Source: a virus
Virus record (IMG/VR): IMGVR_UViG_3300030108_003689
Coordinates: 10,613 to 74,612 of that record
Direction: 5' to 3' (one strand)
DNA length: 64,000 nucleotides
The notes under the pieces were generated by a model that did not search any database, was not told the DNA's origin, and worked only from the letters and a program-made list of their open reading frames with translations. Made by a program: the position numbers and the translations under genes. Of this stretch, positions 39,241 through 49,327 are shown one piece after another. Positions within the stretch are counted from its first letter, which is position 1. Each line of letters starts with the position of its first letter.

Positions 39241-39738
39241 CTAAAAGTAGCCTTGGTTTTTGATCAGAACATCAACCTTGTTTGTAAGGCCAGATGCTGG
39301 CTCTGTACCAGTGGCCGAACCTTCACTTTCAAGCGCAACAGCAATAATGTTACGCTCAAGTGCGTCTGCATTGGTCTGACAAGCAAGCTGAGTTGCGTCT
39401 TGTGCTCGACCAGCAGTACCGCTCATCACTAGATTTTGACCGCAAACAACAGTTGTAGCAACGTTTGCGTTTTCGTATTTTCCAGCGATCTGAACTCTGA
39501 TTTCTCCAGTAGCAGTAGTTGTTGCAACCGCAACACCAATACACAGACCTTCATGAATATTCGCGTTGTAGCCTGATTCTGCTTGTCGAACTGATCCACC
39601 CAAACCATTGGTAGTGTCCAACGGATCGATCATCACGAAATCGCCTGCAGTGATTGAAGTGTCTGCTGTGTACAGTGTCACAAACTTCTTCGGAAAATTA
39701 TCGACGCCATCGACGCCGTCTACCTTATGAATTGCCAT
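39241..39738 (-). CDS. Capsid decoration/cement protein, copy 1
   Basis: Directly downstream of MCP; ITAGDFV...CIGVAV...VQIAG; GGAGG RBS. Confidence 0.75.
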   Translation of the reverse strand: MAIHKVDGVDGVDNFPKKFVTLYTADTSITAGDFVMIDPLDTTNGLGGSVRQAESGYNANIHEGLCIGVAVATTTATGEIRVQIAGKYENANVATTVVCGQNLVMSGTAGRAQDATQLACQTNADALERNIIAVALESEGSATGTEPASGLTNKVDVLIKNQGYF

Positions 39739-39775
39739 GATATCCTCCCTCTTTTGATTCTATGGCTATGAAATA

Positions 39776-39803
39776 GGGTGGGGATCACCGCGACCCCCAC
39801 CCA
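39776..39803 (-). terminator. Hairpin terminator after major capsid gene
   Basis: GGGTGGGGGTC-gcggt-GATCCCCACCC-TATTT on - strand. Confidence 0.55.
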
Positions 39804-39814
39804 ATCAGTGTGAC

Positions 39815-40870
39815 CTAGAAGGTGTCCAGGTCGAATGCAACACCGCTTGAACCAAGGTGCTTGGCGATCAACTGACCACGGCACCGGAGCTTAGCAGCGC
39901 GAACATCGTACTCACCCGACACAGTCTCGAAGTCCGAGAGGTCGAAGTAACCTTGTGGATCCCACAGGCAGTAGATGTCGTTCATGTTCAAGAAGTAGAA
40001 GCTGATTGGATCGTCAGCGGAACCGCCAGCCTTGTCGTTGGGCATGTTGTACTCAACGTTGATTGGCACACCGTCGAACATCTCAACCATGCGACCGCCA
40101 TCGATCTTAGCTTGATCGACATAGCGCTCGTGAGCTTGAAGAGCACGCTTAAGGTTCTTGAATCCAGCGCGGGATGCAAGGATCACGTTGGGAGCGCCAG
40201 AAGGCGACACAGCGTTGATCTCAACCTTGAGGTCATAAAGACCAGCGAGGCCGTTCGAGTTGAAAGATCCAGCACCATCGAAGACTTGGTTCTGCCAACC
40301 AGTCTTCGTAGTGTAGGTTCCCTTGTCGATTGTACCGACAACGTTGGTTTGAGAACCTACAGCGAGGGTCTCAAGGAAACCGTGGTGGTCGCCTGATGTG
40401 ACATCAAGACCATTCAGGGTGTTCCAGTCTTCCCAACCAGCTTGCTCGCCGTTGACGATCTGCTTGACAAACTCACGCTTGAGAGCGTTTGCAGTCATGG
40501 TGACACGGCTCTCAAGAATGGAGAGAACAGCAGCATCACCTTGGTTGACCATCTCTTCCTCAGAGGAGATAGCGACGGGACGGACAACGTGTCCCCAGTC
40601 GTACTGAGCAGGGACGAACACGTCTTCGACGCTCAGGTCGATGCGCTCGAAACCAGTCTGCATACGAGTGGTTGAAGAGTGCTCACCGAAGCCAAGAGGG
40701 ACAACGATACGAGAACCACCAGATTGAACTGGCTTGCCTGCGCCGTGAACACGTTCTTGTGCATCAAGAAATGCGACTGACTCGTGAACGTTGTCACGAA
40801 AGTCCTTCATCAGGATGTGCATGGTTGTGGAAAGCAGTTCGTTTCCAATGGTAAGTGTAGAGGTTGCCAT
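39815..40870 (-). CDS. Major capsid protein (HK97 fold)
   Basis: 351 aa after scaffold; GGSRIVVPL, AQYDWGH..PV.IS..E...N.G...V..ILE, W.NQ, FDGVPI, YFLN; strongly biased codon use. Confidence 0.85.
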   Translation of the reverse strand: MATSTLTIGNELLSTTMHILMKDFRDNVHESVAFLDAQERVHGAGKPVQSGGSRIVVPLGFGEHSSTTRMQTGFERIDLSVEDVFVPAQYDWGHVVRPVAISSEEEMVNQGDAAVLSILESRVTMTANALKREFVKQIVNGEQAGWEDWNTLNGLDVTSGDHHGFLETLAVGSQTNVVGTIDKGTYTTKTGWQNQVFDGAGSFNSNGLAGLYDLKVEINAVSPSGAPNVILASRAGFKNLKRALQAHERYVDQAKIDGGRMVEMFDGVPINVEYNMPNDKAGGSADDPISFYFLNMNDIYCLWDPQGYFDLSDFETVSGEYDVRAAKLRCRGQLIAKHLGSSGVAFDLDTF

Positions 40871-40882
40871 TTTTGGCTCCTA

Positions 40883-41839
40883 TTAGCGGTTGTTAGAAAA
40901 GGCTTTTGCAGCTTCGGGGTTGGACTGTAGCCAAGCAGCAATTGAAGCTGCACCTTGCTTCTTGACCTCAGGGGGAATCTCAGCGGTCCCAGGAGAACCA
41001 CTTACAGAACTTCTTTGTACTCGACGAGCAGCATCTGCACGGGCACGACGCTCTTTCTCTGTGCGAGCACGTTGCTCAGACATAATCTTACGAGCCTTCA
41101 CGACCTCGTAAGCATCTTGAGTGCTGAGCGGGGCATCAGTGCCTTTTCGCTCCGTAACCAGCGATGCAACTTCTCTTTTGAACGCTGGATCCTTCATTTC
41201 AGGATGAGCGTCTAAGAAGTCATAAAACGCGCTTTGTTGTCGGCGCTGTGCAGAAGCTTCCTGCATGGGCGAGAAAACATTCGCTACAGCTTCTGCAACC
41301 CTGCGATTGATATGAGCGTTGATACCTTCCTCAGACATGATGTCTGGAAGCTCTTCATCGCTAACCTTGAGACTTTCCTTAATGCTTGGATCATCAATCA
41401 AAGAAGCAAACTCAGCTTGTCGTCGAGCAAAGTCACGCTCTAGATGCTGGATCTGTTGCTCCCGCTGCTTGTATTCATTGAGCCGCTTTTCATACGACTG
41501 ATCCAATGCAGACTGCTTCTGCTTATAAGCAACCCGGAAGTTGTGAAGCATGCGACGAGCAACTGTTGGAAGCTCCTTAATGTCATGCTCAGAGATGCCC
41601 TCATAAAAAGCATCCGTCTTCAACTCCTCATCATCAATGTCAGAAAATAAAGGATCAAACGACCTTTCGTTTACAGACCCGACACTGTTTGATGGTGCAT
41701 CGGAGCTACTGAAGCTCGCCGGCTCCTCTGCACTTACTTCGGGCTCCTCTGCAACAGGGCTACTTTCCTGTCCGTCTAAAAGCCCGGTAGATCCAGCACT
41801 TTGCTCAAGATCTACCTCATTTTCAATTTCGTCACTCAC
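40883..41839 (-). CDS. Capsid scaffolding protein
   Basis: Acidic N-terminus, coiled coil, immediately upstream of MCP; GTG with AAGGAG RBS. Confidence 0.75.
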   Translation of the reverse strand: MSDEIENEVDLEQSAGSTGLLDGQESSPVAEEPEVSAEEPASFSSSDAPSNSVGSVNERSFDPLFSDIDDEELKTDAFYEGISEHDIKELPTVARRMLHNFRVAYKQKQSALDQSYEKRLNEYKQREQQIQHLERDFARRQAEFASLIDDPSIKESLKVSDEELPDIMSEEGINAHINRRVAEAVANVFSPMQEASAQRRQQSAFYDFLDAHPEMKDPAFKREVASLVTERKGTDAPLSTQDAYEVVKARKIMSEQRARTEKERRARADAARRVQRSSVSGSPGTAEIPPEVKKQGAASIAAWLQSNPEAAKAFSNNR

Positions 41840-41903
41840 AAAAATCTCCTTTAGCGGTAAAAATCTACCATCATATAATCTAAATGTTCAATCATTTTTA
41901 AGT

Positions 41904-42512
41904 TTAAGCCATCGCCGAAGCAAGCTCTTGGTCATCTTCATTCATTTCAGTAGGTGCTGGAGCCATAGGTTCTTCTGCACCAGCGGTATCGGCTGGCCCT
42001 TCATCACCAGCCATTTCTTGGCCTTCGGTCATTTCTTTGACCGATTCAATCAACTTTTTATCTTTACTAATACGCTTTAGCTGTGCGGTCATCTTTCGCA
42101 AGTCGGTATCAGTAACTGCAGTAAATGGATCAAACTCATACTTGTCTGCGAACTCTCCGCCACCGACCATTTGAATAAGCTGAACAATCGCAAGCAATGT
42201 AATGAAAAGCTCTGCTGGGAGAGGAGAGTCAAACTTGCCTCCCTTCGCATCTCCAGCATCAAAAGTAATCTCTGGGATTTCCTCGTCTGAAAGCGATGAA
42301 ATCGTATCGTTGACTTGCTTTACGAGAGTGTTGATGGCCTTTACCGTGTATGGCTTTTCGGGCTGCGGTGCCGATTGCGCCATCTGCTGGTATTGCATTT
42401 CCATATCATCAGCAGGAGGAGCTTCGCCGGGTGCCTGATCAGCGCCCATGGGTGGCTGCTGTGCGGCTTCTTCTGACTCTGGCTGACCGTATTCTTTTTT
42501 CATCCCGTACAT
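41904..42512 (-). CDS. Acidic head-associated hypothetical protein
   Basis: 202 aa, Met/Pro/Glu-rich ends, between portal and scaffold. Confidence 0.7.
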   Translation of the reverse strand: MYGMKKEYGQPESEEAAQQPPMGADQAPGEAPPADDMEMQYQQMAQSAPQPEKPYTVKAINTLVKQVNDTISSLSDEEIPEITFDAGDAKGGKFDSPLPAELFITLLAIVQLIQMVGGGEFADKYEFDPFTAVTDTDLRKMTAQLKRISKDKKLIESVKEMTEGQEMAGDEGPADTAGAEEPMAPAPTEMNEDDQELASAMA

Positions 42513-42521
42513 GGTTTTTCC

Positions 42522-43118
42522 CTAAATTTGGTTTTTGTCTCTTGATTCTCTGAATTGCCTAAAGGCTGGATGATTATCAAGCCTATCACAATAGTCGTCG
42601 TACTCTCGTGTTTCTTTTTCTGCTCTCTGGTCCCACTTACTATATTCTTTTTCGATATCCCAGTCACCATCGACTGGAGTAAGTCCCCGCTCTTTGCAAA
42701 TATCTAATCGATGTTGCTTGCTTTGAAGCATAACACCTAAACCTCGATCATAATAAGGGAACCTTTCACTAAATCTATCAATACGAGCCATCGGAACCCA
42801 TTTAGAGTTCATCGATGAACACTTTGGACACTTTTGTTTATCTTCAAAATGTTGCCCTAATGAAAAATCAATAAGCTCGTCAAACTGATGATCGCAGTCC
42901 TTACACATATAAAGGTGCATAACCAAGCCGCTAGTCTTCTTAGACTTGGGTGCAGTTTGGTTGTAGGGGTCATTAGATTGGGCAACCGAAACCCTGAACA
43001 CCCTTTTGGAGCTTGATCCACACTCTTCGCATTCTAACGAGTCAGGTCGAGCAGAGAACCTACATGTGTGGTCTTGCTCATGTTCACATTCATCACACTT
43101 ATAACTATACGTTGGCAC
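42522..43118 (-). CDS. Double FmdB-type zinc-ribbon protein
   Basis: MPTYSYKCDEC...CEECG and YMCKDC...CPKC; YYDRGLG..LQSKQHR. Confidence 0.75.
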   Translation of the reverse strand: MPTYSYKCDECEHEQDHTCRFSARPDSLECEECGSSSKRVFRVSVAQSNDPYNQTAPKSKKTSGLVMHLYMCKDCDHQFDELIDFSLGQHFEDKQKCPKCSSMNSKWVPMARIDRFSERFPYYDRGLGVMLQSKQHRLDICKERGLTPVDGDWDIEKEYSKWDQRAEKETREYDDYCDRLDNHPAFRQFRESRDKNQI

Positions 43119-45510
43119 TAATTGCCTCCAATAACTGTTCGATAGCCGGACCCTGCTCTTCGGGCGGCATCGCTTCTATTTGATCTAATACTTGCGTCAT
43201 CTCAGGCGTATCGCCAACAATCTGCCTCAGCGTAGCAATAGCTTGCTCTGGAGGCATTTGAGCTACCTCAGCCAGGATGGCCTCTGGCGATGGCTGCCCA
43301 GCCGGTGGAACTCCGGGGGGTGATTCAGGTGGCGCTTCAGGTGGAGCCTCTTGTCCTTCCTCAGGTGGCGCTTCCGGTGGCGCTCCAGGTGAGGGAGGCG
43401 CATCAGCCTTAGCGTCCGGCTCATCTTGTCTCTTAAGCTCAGAGTCGAGTTCTTCGGGGTGGAGATCCTTGGGCAGGTCGAAACGCTCTGCAAGAACCTT
43501 CATATAGTTCTTAGCAAACACACCAACGGGTCCGCCCTGGTTCGCGGTTTGCCACAGAGCACTGTAAGGCTCAAGCAAAGCAACAAGGTTCTGTTGCATC
43601 GCTGCATCGCTTAATGGAGTTCGACCACCCTCTACGAAGCTAATCAGGAAGTTCGCATCCAAGTCTTCAACGGAAACAACAATCTGCTCATTGCGCTCAC
43701 GCAAGATGATTGTTTCTTGGCGAATCTTGTGGCCATCGTCAGACTCGAAAATACCAAGCTGTGGAACCACATCATCATCAACAAAAGGCTCTTGCATTGA
43801 TGCTGTGTTTTGAACCAGGGCAAGCTCTGCCTGCTCCTGCTCTCGAGTTTCTTCGGCTTTATCAATATCTGCTGTTCTGCCAGCCAACGTAGACCCGAGA
43901 AGATTCAACTCCTCTTCGGTCATGTCATCAAGCTCACGCTTGTCTGTGATCTTAGAGGCCAGATCCTTGAAGTCTTCATCATTGACATCAACGCCAATCA
44001 TTTCAGCAAGGCCCTTGATCTTGGCCTTGTCGAATACTTCAGGCACCTTTTCCTTAGTGTCATCAGATTGATCTTCTTGAGCAGTGGCTCCAACTTCTGC
44101 TACGTCAACCTTTTGGGCCTCAAACGCCCCTGCACTGTCTCCGTCGTCTTGCATGCAAGAGATCAGACATCTAAGCATCAACTCAGTCAGAGACGCCAAC
44201 CACTGGTCCTTAATCGCAGCATGAAGACCGAACTCGGATTCAGTGTACTGCTGTACAGTCTCTACTTCGTACGCCGTCGCTTTGGTGACGATACCTCGGG
44301 CTGCTGGGCTCGTCCCAATGACACGCTCCAGGTCAACCTCAACATTGGCCAAGTAGTTTTGAATGTTAGCTGAAATCGGCGCGTTTTGAATCGGAATAAT
44401 AGCATCGTTAAGTGGTCGCTCATATCCAGAGTCAACTTCAAGAATGAGGCCGTCATGACCCTCAGTAAGTAGAGTCATCTCCTCAGCATTGAACGTTCCT
44501 TTACGAGTCACATACTGACGAGTGTCCTTCCTTGTGGCCATCGCCATGTAGGATCGATACGCATTCAGTTCCTTAAATTGAGGCATCAAACGCTTGACGT
44601 GAGGGATGCCACGAAGTGGGAACTCAGGCTCGTAGTTGAAGATCAATGGGACAATGTGGGCCAAAGGCTCGCCATCATGACGAACAAAAGGAAGAGGACC
44701 CACATAAACAGGCTTTTTGGAAGTCTCTCCCTGACCAAGGACATAAATTTCGAGGCGACCTTCATACCGAATGTTCTCATTCTCGGGGTCCTGATAATGA
44801 TCAACTAAGTTGCAAAACTCTAAGACACGAACAAAGTTGTCGTCATCATCATAGCCGCCGCTCTTTTGTCGGTTTTGGTAGGTATCCGACTCAGTGTCTC
44901 CGCCCGACAAAAAGTCAACTCTTCGAGTACCACTCAAATCACTGAGCCCATACTCCTCTTCAACCTCGTGCTTCGGCCTGTAATACAGGTGACCACGATA
45001 TCGCTCGTCGTCTACGTCCGAAACTTCCGTATCGAGAAGCATTTCCCAAATAGGAATGACTCTCAACCAAACACGGTCCATCGGGTTTCCACGGCCATGC
45101 CTGTATCCAACCTTCATTCCTGAGCCGGGGTACAGCAGAGCTTGACGTAAGCCCGTCATCACGCGCTCGTGAATCTTGCGACTCGAAAGCATTCTGTTGA
45201 CAGCAAGTTCTGATTTCTCTGAATCACCCTTACCGGATGGGTCTGGCGTCAAAATCACCCGGCTTGCTCTTGGGTACAAGGCCGAGAGGTACGAAGTGAT
45301 GACGCCCCACAGGCGGTTTACCTCTACCTCTACCTCTTTGAGTCGGCGACTACGCTTGGATGTATCGTCACCATTCATGTACTCCCAATACCGAGTCATG
45401 TATGTATGCTTGTAAAGCGACCAATCTTTACGATTCTTACGAGCATGACGGTCGTGAGAGCGAACGAATTGATGTACGAGCTTTGGCGTTATTTGATCTT
45501 TTTTGCTCAC
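43105..45510 (-). CDS. Portal protein
   Basis: 801 aa directly after terminase; LERVIGTS..RG...ATAYEV motif; Pro/Gln-rich C-terminal tail typical of P22/T7-like portals. Confidence 0.75.
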   Translation of the reverse strand: MSKKDQITPKLVHQFVRSHDRHARKNRKDWSLYKHTYMTRYWEYMNGDDTSKRSRRLKEVEVEVNRLWGVITSYLSALYPRASRVILTPDPSGKGDSEKSELAVNRMLSSRKIHERVMTGLRQALLYPGSGMKVGYRHGRGNPMDRVWLRVIPIWEMLLDTEVSDVDDERYRGHLYYRPKHEVEEEYGLSDLSGTRRVDFLSGGDTESDTYQNRQKSGGYDDDDNFVRVLEFCNLVDHYQDPENENIRYEGRLEIYVLGQGETSKKPVYVGPLPFVRHDGEPLAHIVPLIFNYEPEFPLRGIPHVKRLMPQFKELNAYRSYMAMATRKDTRQYVTRKGTFNAEEMTLLTEGHDGLILEVDSGYERPLNDAIIPIQNAPISANIQNYLANVEVDLERVIGTSPAARGIVTKATAYEVETVQQYTESEFGLHAAIKDQWLASLTELMLRCLISCMQDDGDSAGAFEAQKVDVAEVGATAQEDQSDDTKEKVPEVFDKAKIKGLAEMIGVDVNDEDFKDLASKITDKRELDDMTEEELNLLGSTLAGRTADIDKAEETREQEQAELALVQNTASMQEPFVDDDVVPQLGIFESDDGHKIRQETIILRERNEQIVVSVEDLDANFLISFVEGGRTPLSDAAMQQNLVALLEPYSALWQTANQGGPVGVFAKNYMKVLAERFDLPKDLHPEELDSELKRQDEPDAKADAPPSPGAPPEAPPEEGQEAPPEAPPESPPGVPPAGQPSPEAILAEVAQMPPEQAIATLRQIVGDTPEMTQVLDQIEAMPPEEQGPAIEQLLEAISANV

Positions 45511-47075
45511 GAGACTTTCGCTCCGCTCATTACATTAAAAGGATTGCTGCGAGCATAATATCTCTTATTACGTCGCCGGGGTATATCTTGAGACTGAGGC
45601 ATGTTCCTACGGTTCCACTCTGCAAGCATTAACGCATCAGCATGATCGTCGTGGTAGCCATCTTGACCTTCAATTTTTCCTGATTGCTCACGAATGTGCA
45701 TCAACTCTTGAACGGTCGATAAATCATTCAAAAGCAGAGAGTCACCATTGACTATTTGTCTAAGGTGAGCGTAGCCCTGCTCTTTGCTTCCACGAGTTGT
45801 AGTCCAATACTTGACGACCTTGCTCGCAGCTTGACCCGGCTGTGGAGGCTTGTGCCACAAAGGGAGTCCAGCTTTTTGGAACTCTCGAATAACAACAGGC
45901 CCAGCACCACCAGTGTTGGCCTCAATCAATGTCCTGGCCTTGTTGTAGTGCATCGCAAGCTCAACAGCCTTCTGTGCAAACAGGATCTCTCCACCCTGAT
46001 TCATAGACAGCGTGGCAACTTGACGGCCATCCGCGCTCAAAACCTGGGCAACGGCATAATCTCCGCCATTACACCACGATGGATCAACACCGACTGAGTA
46101 GTTCATGCCTGGGTATGGGCGCTCATACACCCTGAGTTCACCTTCCACAGGACTCAGAGAAGACAACACAGAGTTCAAATAGTCTGTGTCGAACCAACTC
46201 CCATCATGGATAGCGAAGCCATCCTCGATCGTCAGTGGGTACTCACGCCTGAATCGACGAATGCCAATACCATTGACACCATGAATACGATCGTGTCGCC
46301 AATACAACTGCTGCATCGAGAGGTTGTGCTGTTGAGCTAACTCCCACTCCTCTTGATCTGGCTCCCAACCATCTGGGACTTCAGCTTGGTATGCCAAGTG
46401 GTCCGACCATTTGAAGAAACGAAACCTGACTGAGGTATCTCCACGCTGTTTGGCCTCGATAGCACTCAAAACTTTGGAGTGGAATAGATTGCCGGGTCCG
46501 TCAGCAGTAGAAATAATAATGATCTTCTTGTGTGGTCCCTCGTGCAGCGTCGATGTAACAGAGGCCCACACATCCTCTGCATTCGGCCAGAACGCCAACT
46601 CATCTGCATGCAGGCGCTGATATGTCCAACCACGAGCATCACTCTTACCGCCTGCCGTCATGCAGCGGAAACCGGCCATGCTGTCTTTGAAAATCAACTC
46701 ACGCTTGTTTGAGCGCTCAATAGGCTTCTTGAGCATCTGAGGCAGAGATCGGTAGTAGTGACGTACACGACCGAAGATGGCGTCAGTAGAGTCGTAAGAG
46801 TCAGCAACGACCAAACAACGAGCGGGGTCCGTTGCCCAATACAAATAGTTAAAGTTGTACGCCGTCGCTACGGTAGTATCGCCGATCTGACGAGGCTTAT
46901 AGTGGATGACTGTCTCTGCTTCTGACTGAAAGTCTTGGAGAGCCATGACTTGCTCTGCGAACGGTGTGTTGAAGTACCGCTCCTGACCTTTCTCATCTAC
47001 GATCTTTAATCTGCCTATGAACTCACCAGGGTTGGAGCACAGTTGGGCAAGACGCTTTTTGTCATTGGCATCCAC
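45507..47075 (-). CDS. Terminase large subunit
   Basis: KPRQIGDTT, LHADELAFW, STADG, FRREYP, GVDPS, IEAN, GYHDDHADAL. Confidence 0.92.
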   Translation of the reverse strand: MDANDKKRLAQLCSNPGEFIGRLKIVDEKGQERYFNTPFAEQVMALQDFQSEAETVIHYKPRQIGDTTVATAYNFNYLYWATDPARCLVVADSYDSTDAIFGRVRHYYRSLPQMLKKPIERSNKRELIFKDSMAGFRCMTAGGKSDARGWTYQRLHADELAFWPNAEDVWASVTSTLHEGPHKKIIIISTADGPGNLFHSKVLSAIEAKQRGDTSVRFRFFKWSDHLAYQAEVPDGWEPDQEEWELAQQHNLSMQQLYWRHDRIHGVNGIGIRRFRREYPLTIEDGFAIHDGSWFDTDYLNSVLSSLSPVEGELRVYERPYPGMNYSVGVDPSWCNGGDYAVAQVLSADGRQVATLSMNQGGEILFAQKAVELAMHYNKARTLIEANTGGAGPVVIREFQKAGLPLWHKPPQPGQAASKVVKYWTTTRGSKEQGYAHLRQIVNGDSLLLNDLSTVQELMHIREQSGKIEGQDGYHDDHADALMLAEWNRRNMPQSQDIPRRRNKRYYARSNPFNVMSGAKVS

Positions 47076-47635
47076 TACGCCTCACCCGGCTTGGATGTCC
47101 ACCCATCTCCGCCACCCATGGAGAAATAGTTTCTAAGCTCCAACAATGACTCGCTCTCCGCCTGATCCTTTTTGGCTGCAGCAGAATCGAAACGAGTCTT
47201 AGCATACTGACGATAAGCCCACTCTTCACCATCGCCCATGGCATCACGAACACCAGTCCAGTACTGCATGTCCATCATGCGAAACTCTTCCTCAGATAGT
47301 TCGCTGGTCTCAGGAAACTCATCGTAAAACCAAGCTTTGAATCGATCATCTTCAGTACACCATCGATTCCAAGTGCGCTCGTTAATGGGCACGCCTGCGT
47401 ATTCTTTCTTCTTCGTTGCCTTGTACCACTCACCACGGAAAAACTTTTTGTAGCGAGCCATTTTGTAGGCCAACTCTCGAAACTTTTCTTGCTGATGAGT
47501 GGGCCTAAACTCATTATCATCAGCCTTTAGCCAAGCGTTAACGTGGGGATTATCTATGTGAGCAGATCGATCTGAAATATCGATAACGCTCTCGCTCTCG
47601 CTCACATCGATTGAATCGTCGTTGTCGTCAGACAT
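47075..47635 (-). CDS. Putative terminase small subunit
   Basis: Directly upstream of TerL; HTH-like GVPINERTWNRW...FKAW. Confidence 0.55.
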   Translation of the reverse strand: MSDDNDDSIDVSESESVIDISDRSAHIDNPHVNAWLKADDNEFRPTHQQEKFRELAYKMARYKKFFRGEWYKATKKKEYAGVPINERTWNRWCTEDDRFKAWFYDEFPETSELSEEEFRMMDMQYWTGVRDAMGDGEEWAYRQYAKTRFDSAAAKKDQAESESLLELRNYFSMGGGDGWTSKPGEA

Positions 47636-47679
47636 ATTCACCCCTTTCAGTTCATTATCACATACACGGGATATCTAAA

Positions 47680-47850
47680 ATGAACAATAAAGCACAAGAA
47701 GACCACCGTAAGTTTAACGAGATTCTTCAAAAACTTAAAGAAGAAGGTAAAATAAGCGATGCTCCTCCCCCAACTGACAAGGTTGAAAGGAGGAAGTACA
47801 TCGAAAAGTTAACCACACTCTTTAAGAAAGAGGCCTACGGGTCAGACTAA
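47680..47850 (+). CDS. Small hypothetical protein on the opposite strand of the late operon
   Basis: MNNKAQEDHRKFNEILQKLKEEGK...; fills gap between SSB and TerS. Confidence 0.5.
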   Translation: MNNKAQEDHRKFNEILQKLKEEGKISDAPPPTDKVERRKYIEKLTTLFKKEAYGSD

Positions 47851-48242
47851 AACGGGATGTGCTCGTCATTAGAGCTATGAGCAACATTCTGCGCTTGAAC
47901 AATTGGGCTGTTATCAGCGCGGCTGCCAAGGAACCGCACATTGTCAGCGACGATTTCCGTTGAGAAGCGCTCGGCACCGTTCTTGTCTGTGTACTTACGA
48001 GTCTGGATCTTGCCTTCCACATAGATCTCTTTGCCCTTAGAGCAAAACTTTGCCACATTTTCTGCGGTTCGGCCCCATACGGTGACGTTGTGCCACTCTG
48101 TATGGTCTACCCAAGAGTCACCCTCTTTGCGCCGGTCAGTCGTTGCCATGCGAATGTTAACGACGGATGTCCCAGTGCCGGTTGTTCTAAGCTCTGGATC
48201 AACTCCGAGACGCCCTACGAGGATTGCTTTATTCACACTCAT
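47847..48242 (-). CDS. ssb: Single-stranded DNA-binding protein
   Basis: SVNKAILVGRLG.DPE, TEWHNV..WG..AE, KG..IYVEGKIQTR, C-terminal HIPF. Confidence 0.95.
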   Translation of the reverse strand: MSVNKAILVGRLGVDPELRTTGTGTSVVNIRMATTDRRKEGDSWVDHTEWHNVTVWGRTAENVAKFCSKGKEIYVEGKIQTRKYTDKNGAERFSTEIVADNVRFLGSRADNSPIVQAQNVAHSSNDEHIPF

Positions 48243-48595
48243 TACTTCTTCCTTTTCTTGTATTTGTTGTATCCAATCGCAAGCGCCTGCTTTTTCTGAT
48301 CAGGACTCATTCTTGGCTTCTTTTTGTATTCCATACGCATGTGTTTGGCCAGAAACTTGTCCTCTGCTGGATTGCCCGTTTCAGTCTCTGTTCTTTTAGG
48401 TCCTGTCTTTCTTTTGGTAAAGCTCGCTTTCTCTTCCTTGGACATTTCACCAGAAGTCTTGGGAGTCTTTTTAGACACCCGCCTGCTTGGCCGACATGCG
48501 GGGTAGCCCTTGCGCTTCTCACCCTTTTGTCGACCACACGGCTTGCCAGTCTTTATATCGACCCACTCCTCGTCAAACCATCGCGTAAGAGACAT
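48242..48595 (-). CDS. Basic protein, DUF5872-like C-terminal half
   Basis: LTRWFDEEWVD...CGR...YPACRPSRRVS..TPKT..E, plus KKQALAIG tail. Confidence 0.7.
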   Translation of the reverse strand: MSLTRWFDEEWVDIKTGKPCGRQKGEKRKGYPACRPSRRVSKKTPKTSGEMSKEEKASFTKRKTGPKRTETETGNPAEDKFLAKHMRMEYKKKPRMSPDQKKQALAIGYNKYKKRKK

Positions 48596-48597
48596 GA

Positions 48598-48846
48598 CTA
48601 GCCCTTCCGGTATCCACCGCCACGCTTCTTGTACTCGCGGACGAGCCATGCGTTTGCATAAGCGCTGGGGTACACATCAAACTTACGCTTGGCCTCTGCT
48701 TTGACTCTTGCGTAGAGCTTCGGATTCGTCGGGATGTTTCCCTTCTTCTTGCTCTTTTTCTTTTTCTTGCCAGGGCCACCCGTTTCCGAGGGACCCTTCA
48801 TACGCATATTACGCATCAGCATTTCGTCTTCTGAATATCCAGGCAT
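48598..48846 (-). CDS. Basic protein, DUF5872-like N-terminal half
   Basis: PTNPKLYARVKAEAKRKFDVYPSAYANAWLVREYKKRGGGY. Confidence 0.7.
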   Translation of the reverse strand: MPGYSEDEMLMRNMRMKGPSETGGPGKKKKKSKKKGNIPTNPKLYARVKAEAKRKFDVYPSAYANAWLVREYKKRGGGYRKG

Positions 48847-48850
48847 AATA

Positions 48851-49327
48851 TCACTTGAACTTAACTGTTGCTTTCAATCCACCGCCCAAACCTTCACCCA
48901 TTCGAACTGGTTCAAGAGTGGTTGTTTTGCTAACTGGTATTTTAGTTGAAAACTTTTTTGTGATTGGTTTCGGTGGAGGGCGAACAGTAGTTGATTGCTG
49001 ACCTGCCCTAAGCGCGCCCTGCTGAACCCGCTTAGGCTCCTGAAGTGCCGTAAGGTCCTCCTGCCGACGTTTCTCGTACAAAGCATCAAATCGTTTCTGA
49101 AAATCGTCTTGCTGACGTGCCGTAAGGTCCTCCTGCCGACGTTTCTCGTACAAAGCATCAAATCGTTTCTGAAAATCGTCAGGAGGCTGTCGTTCCTGCA
49201 TCACACGAGTGTCTACAGCACTGGTGTCTGCTGCACGTTTAATGGGTTGATTCCCGCTCATCGATTTCATCAAGAGTTGATCAAGAGACGGTCCTGACGG
49301 GGTCGGCTTTTTCGGTCCGTTACTCAT
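48851..49327 (-). CDS. Hypothetical basic protein with internal duplication
   Basis: DDFQKRFDALYEKRRQEDLTA twice. Confidence 0.6.
   Translation of the reverse strand: MSNGPKKPTPSGPSLDQLLMKSMSGNQPIKRAADTSAVDTRVMQERQPPDDFQKRFDALYEKRRQEDLTARQQDDFQKRFDALYEKRRQEDLTALQEPKRVQQGALRAGQQSTTVRPPPKPITKKFSTKIPVSKTTTLEPVRMGEGLGGGLKATVKFK
49045..49180. repeat. Exact 64-bp direct repeat, 72-bp period
   Basis: 49045-49108 is identical to 49117-49180. Confidence 0.9.
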
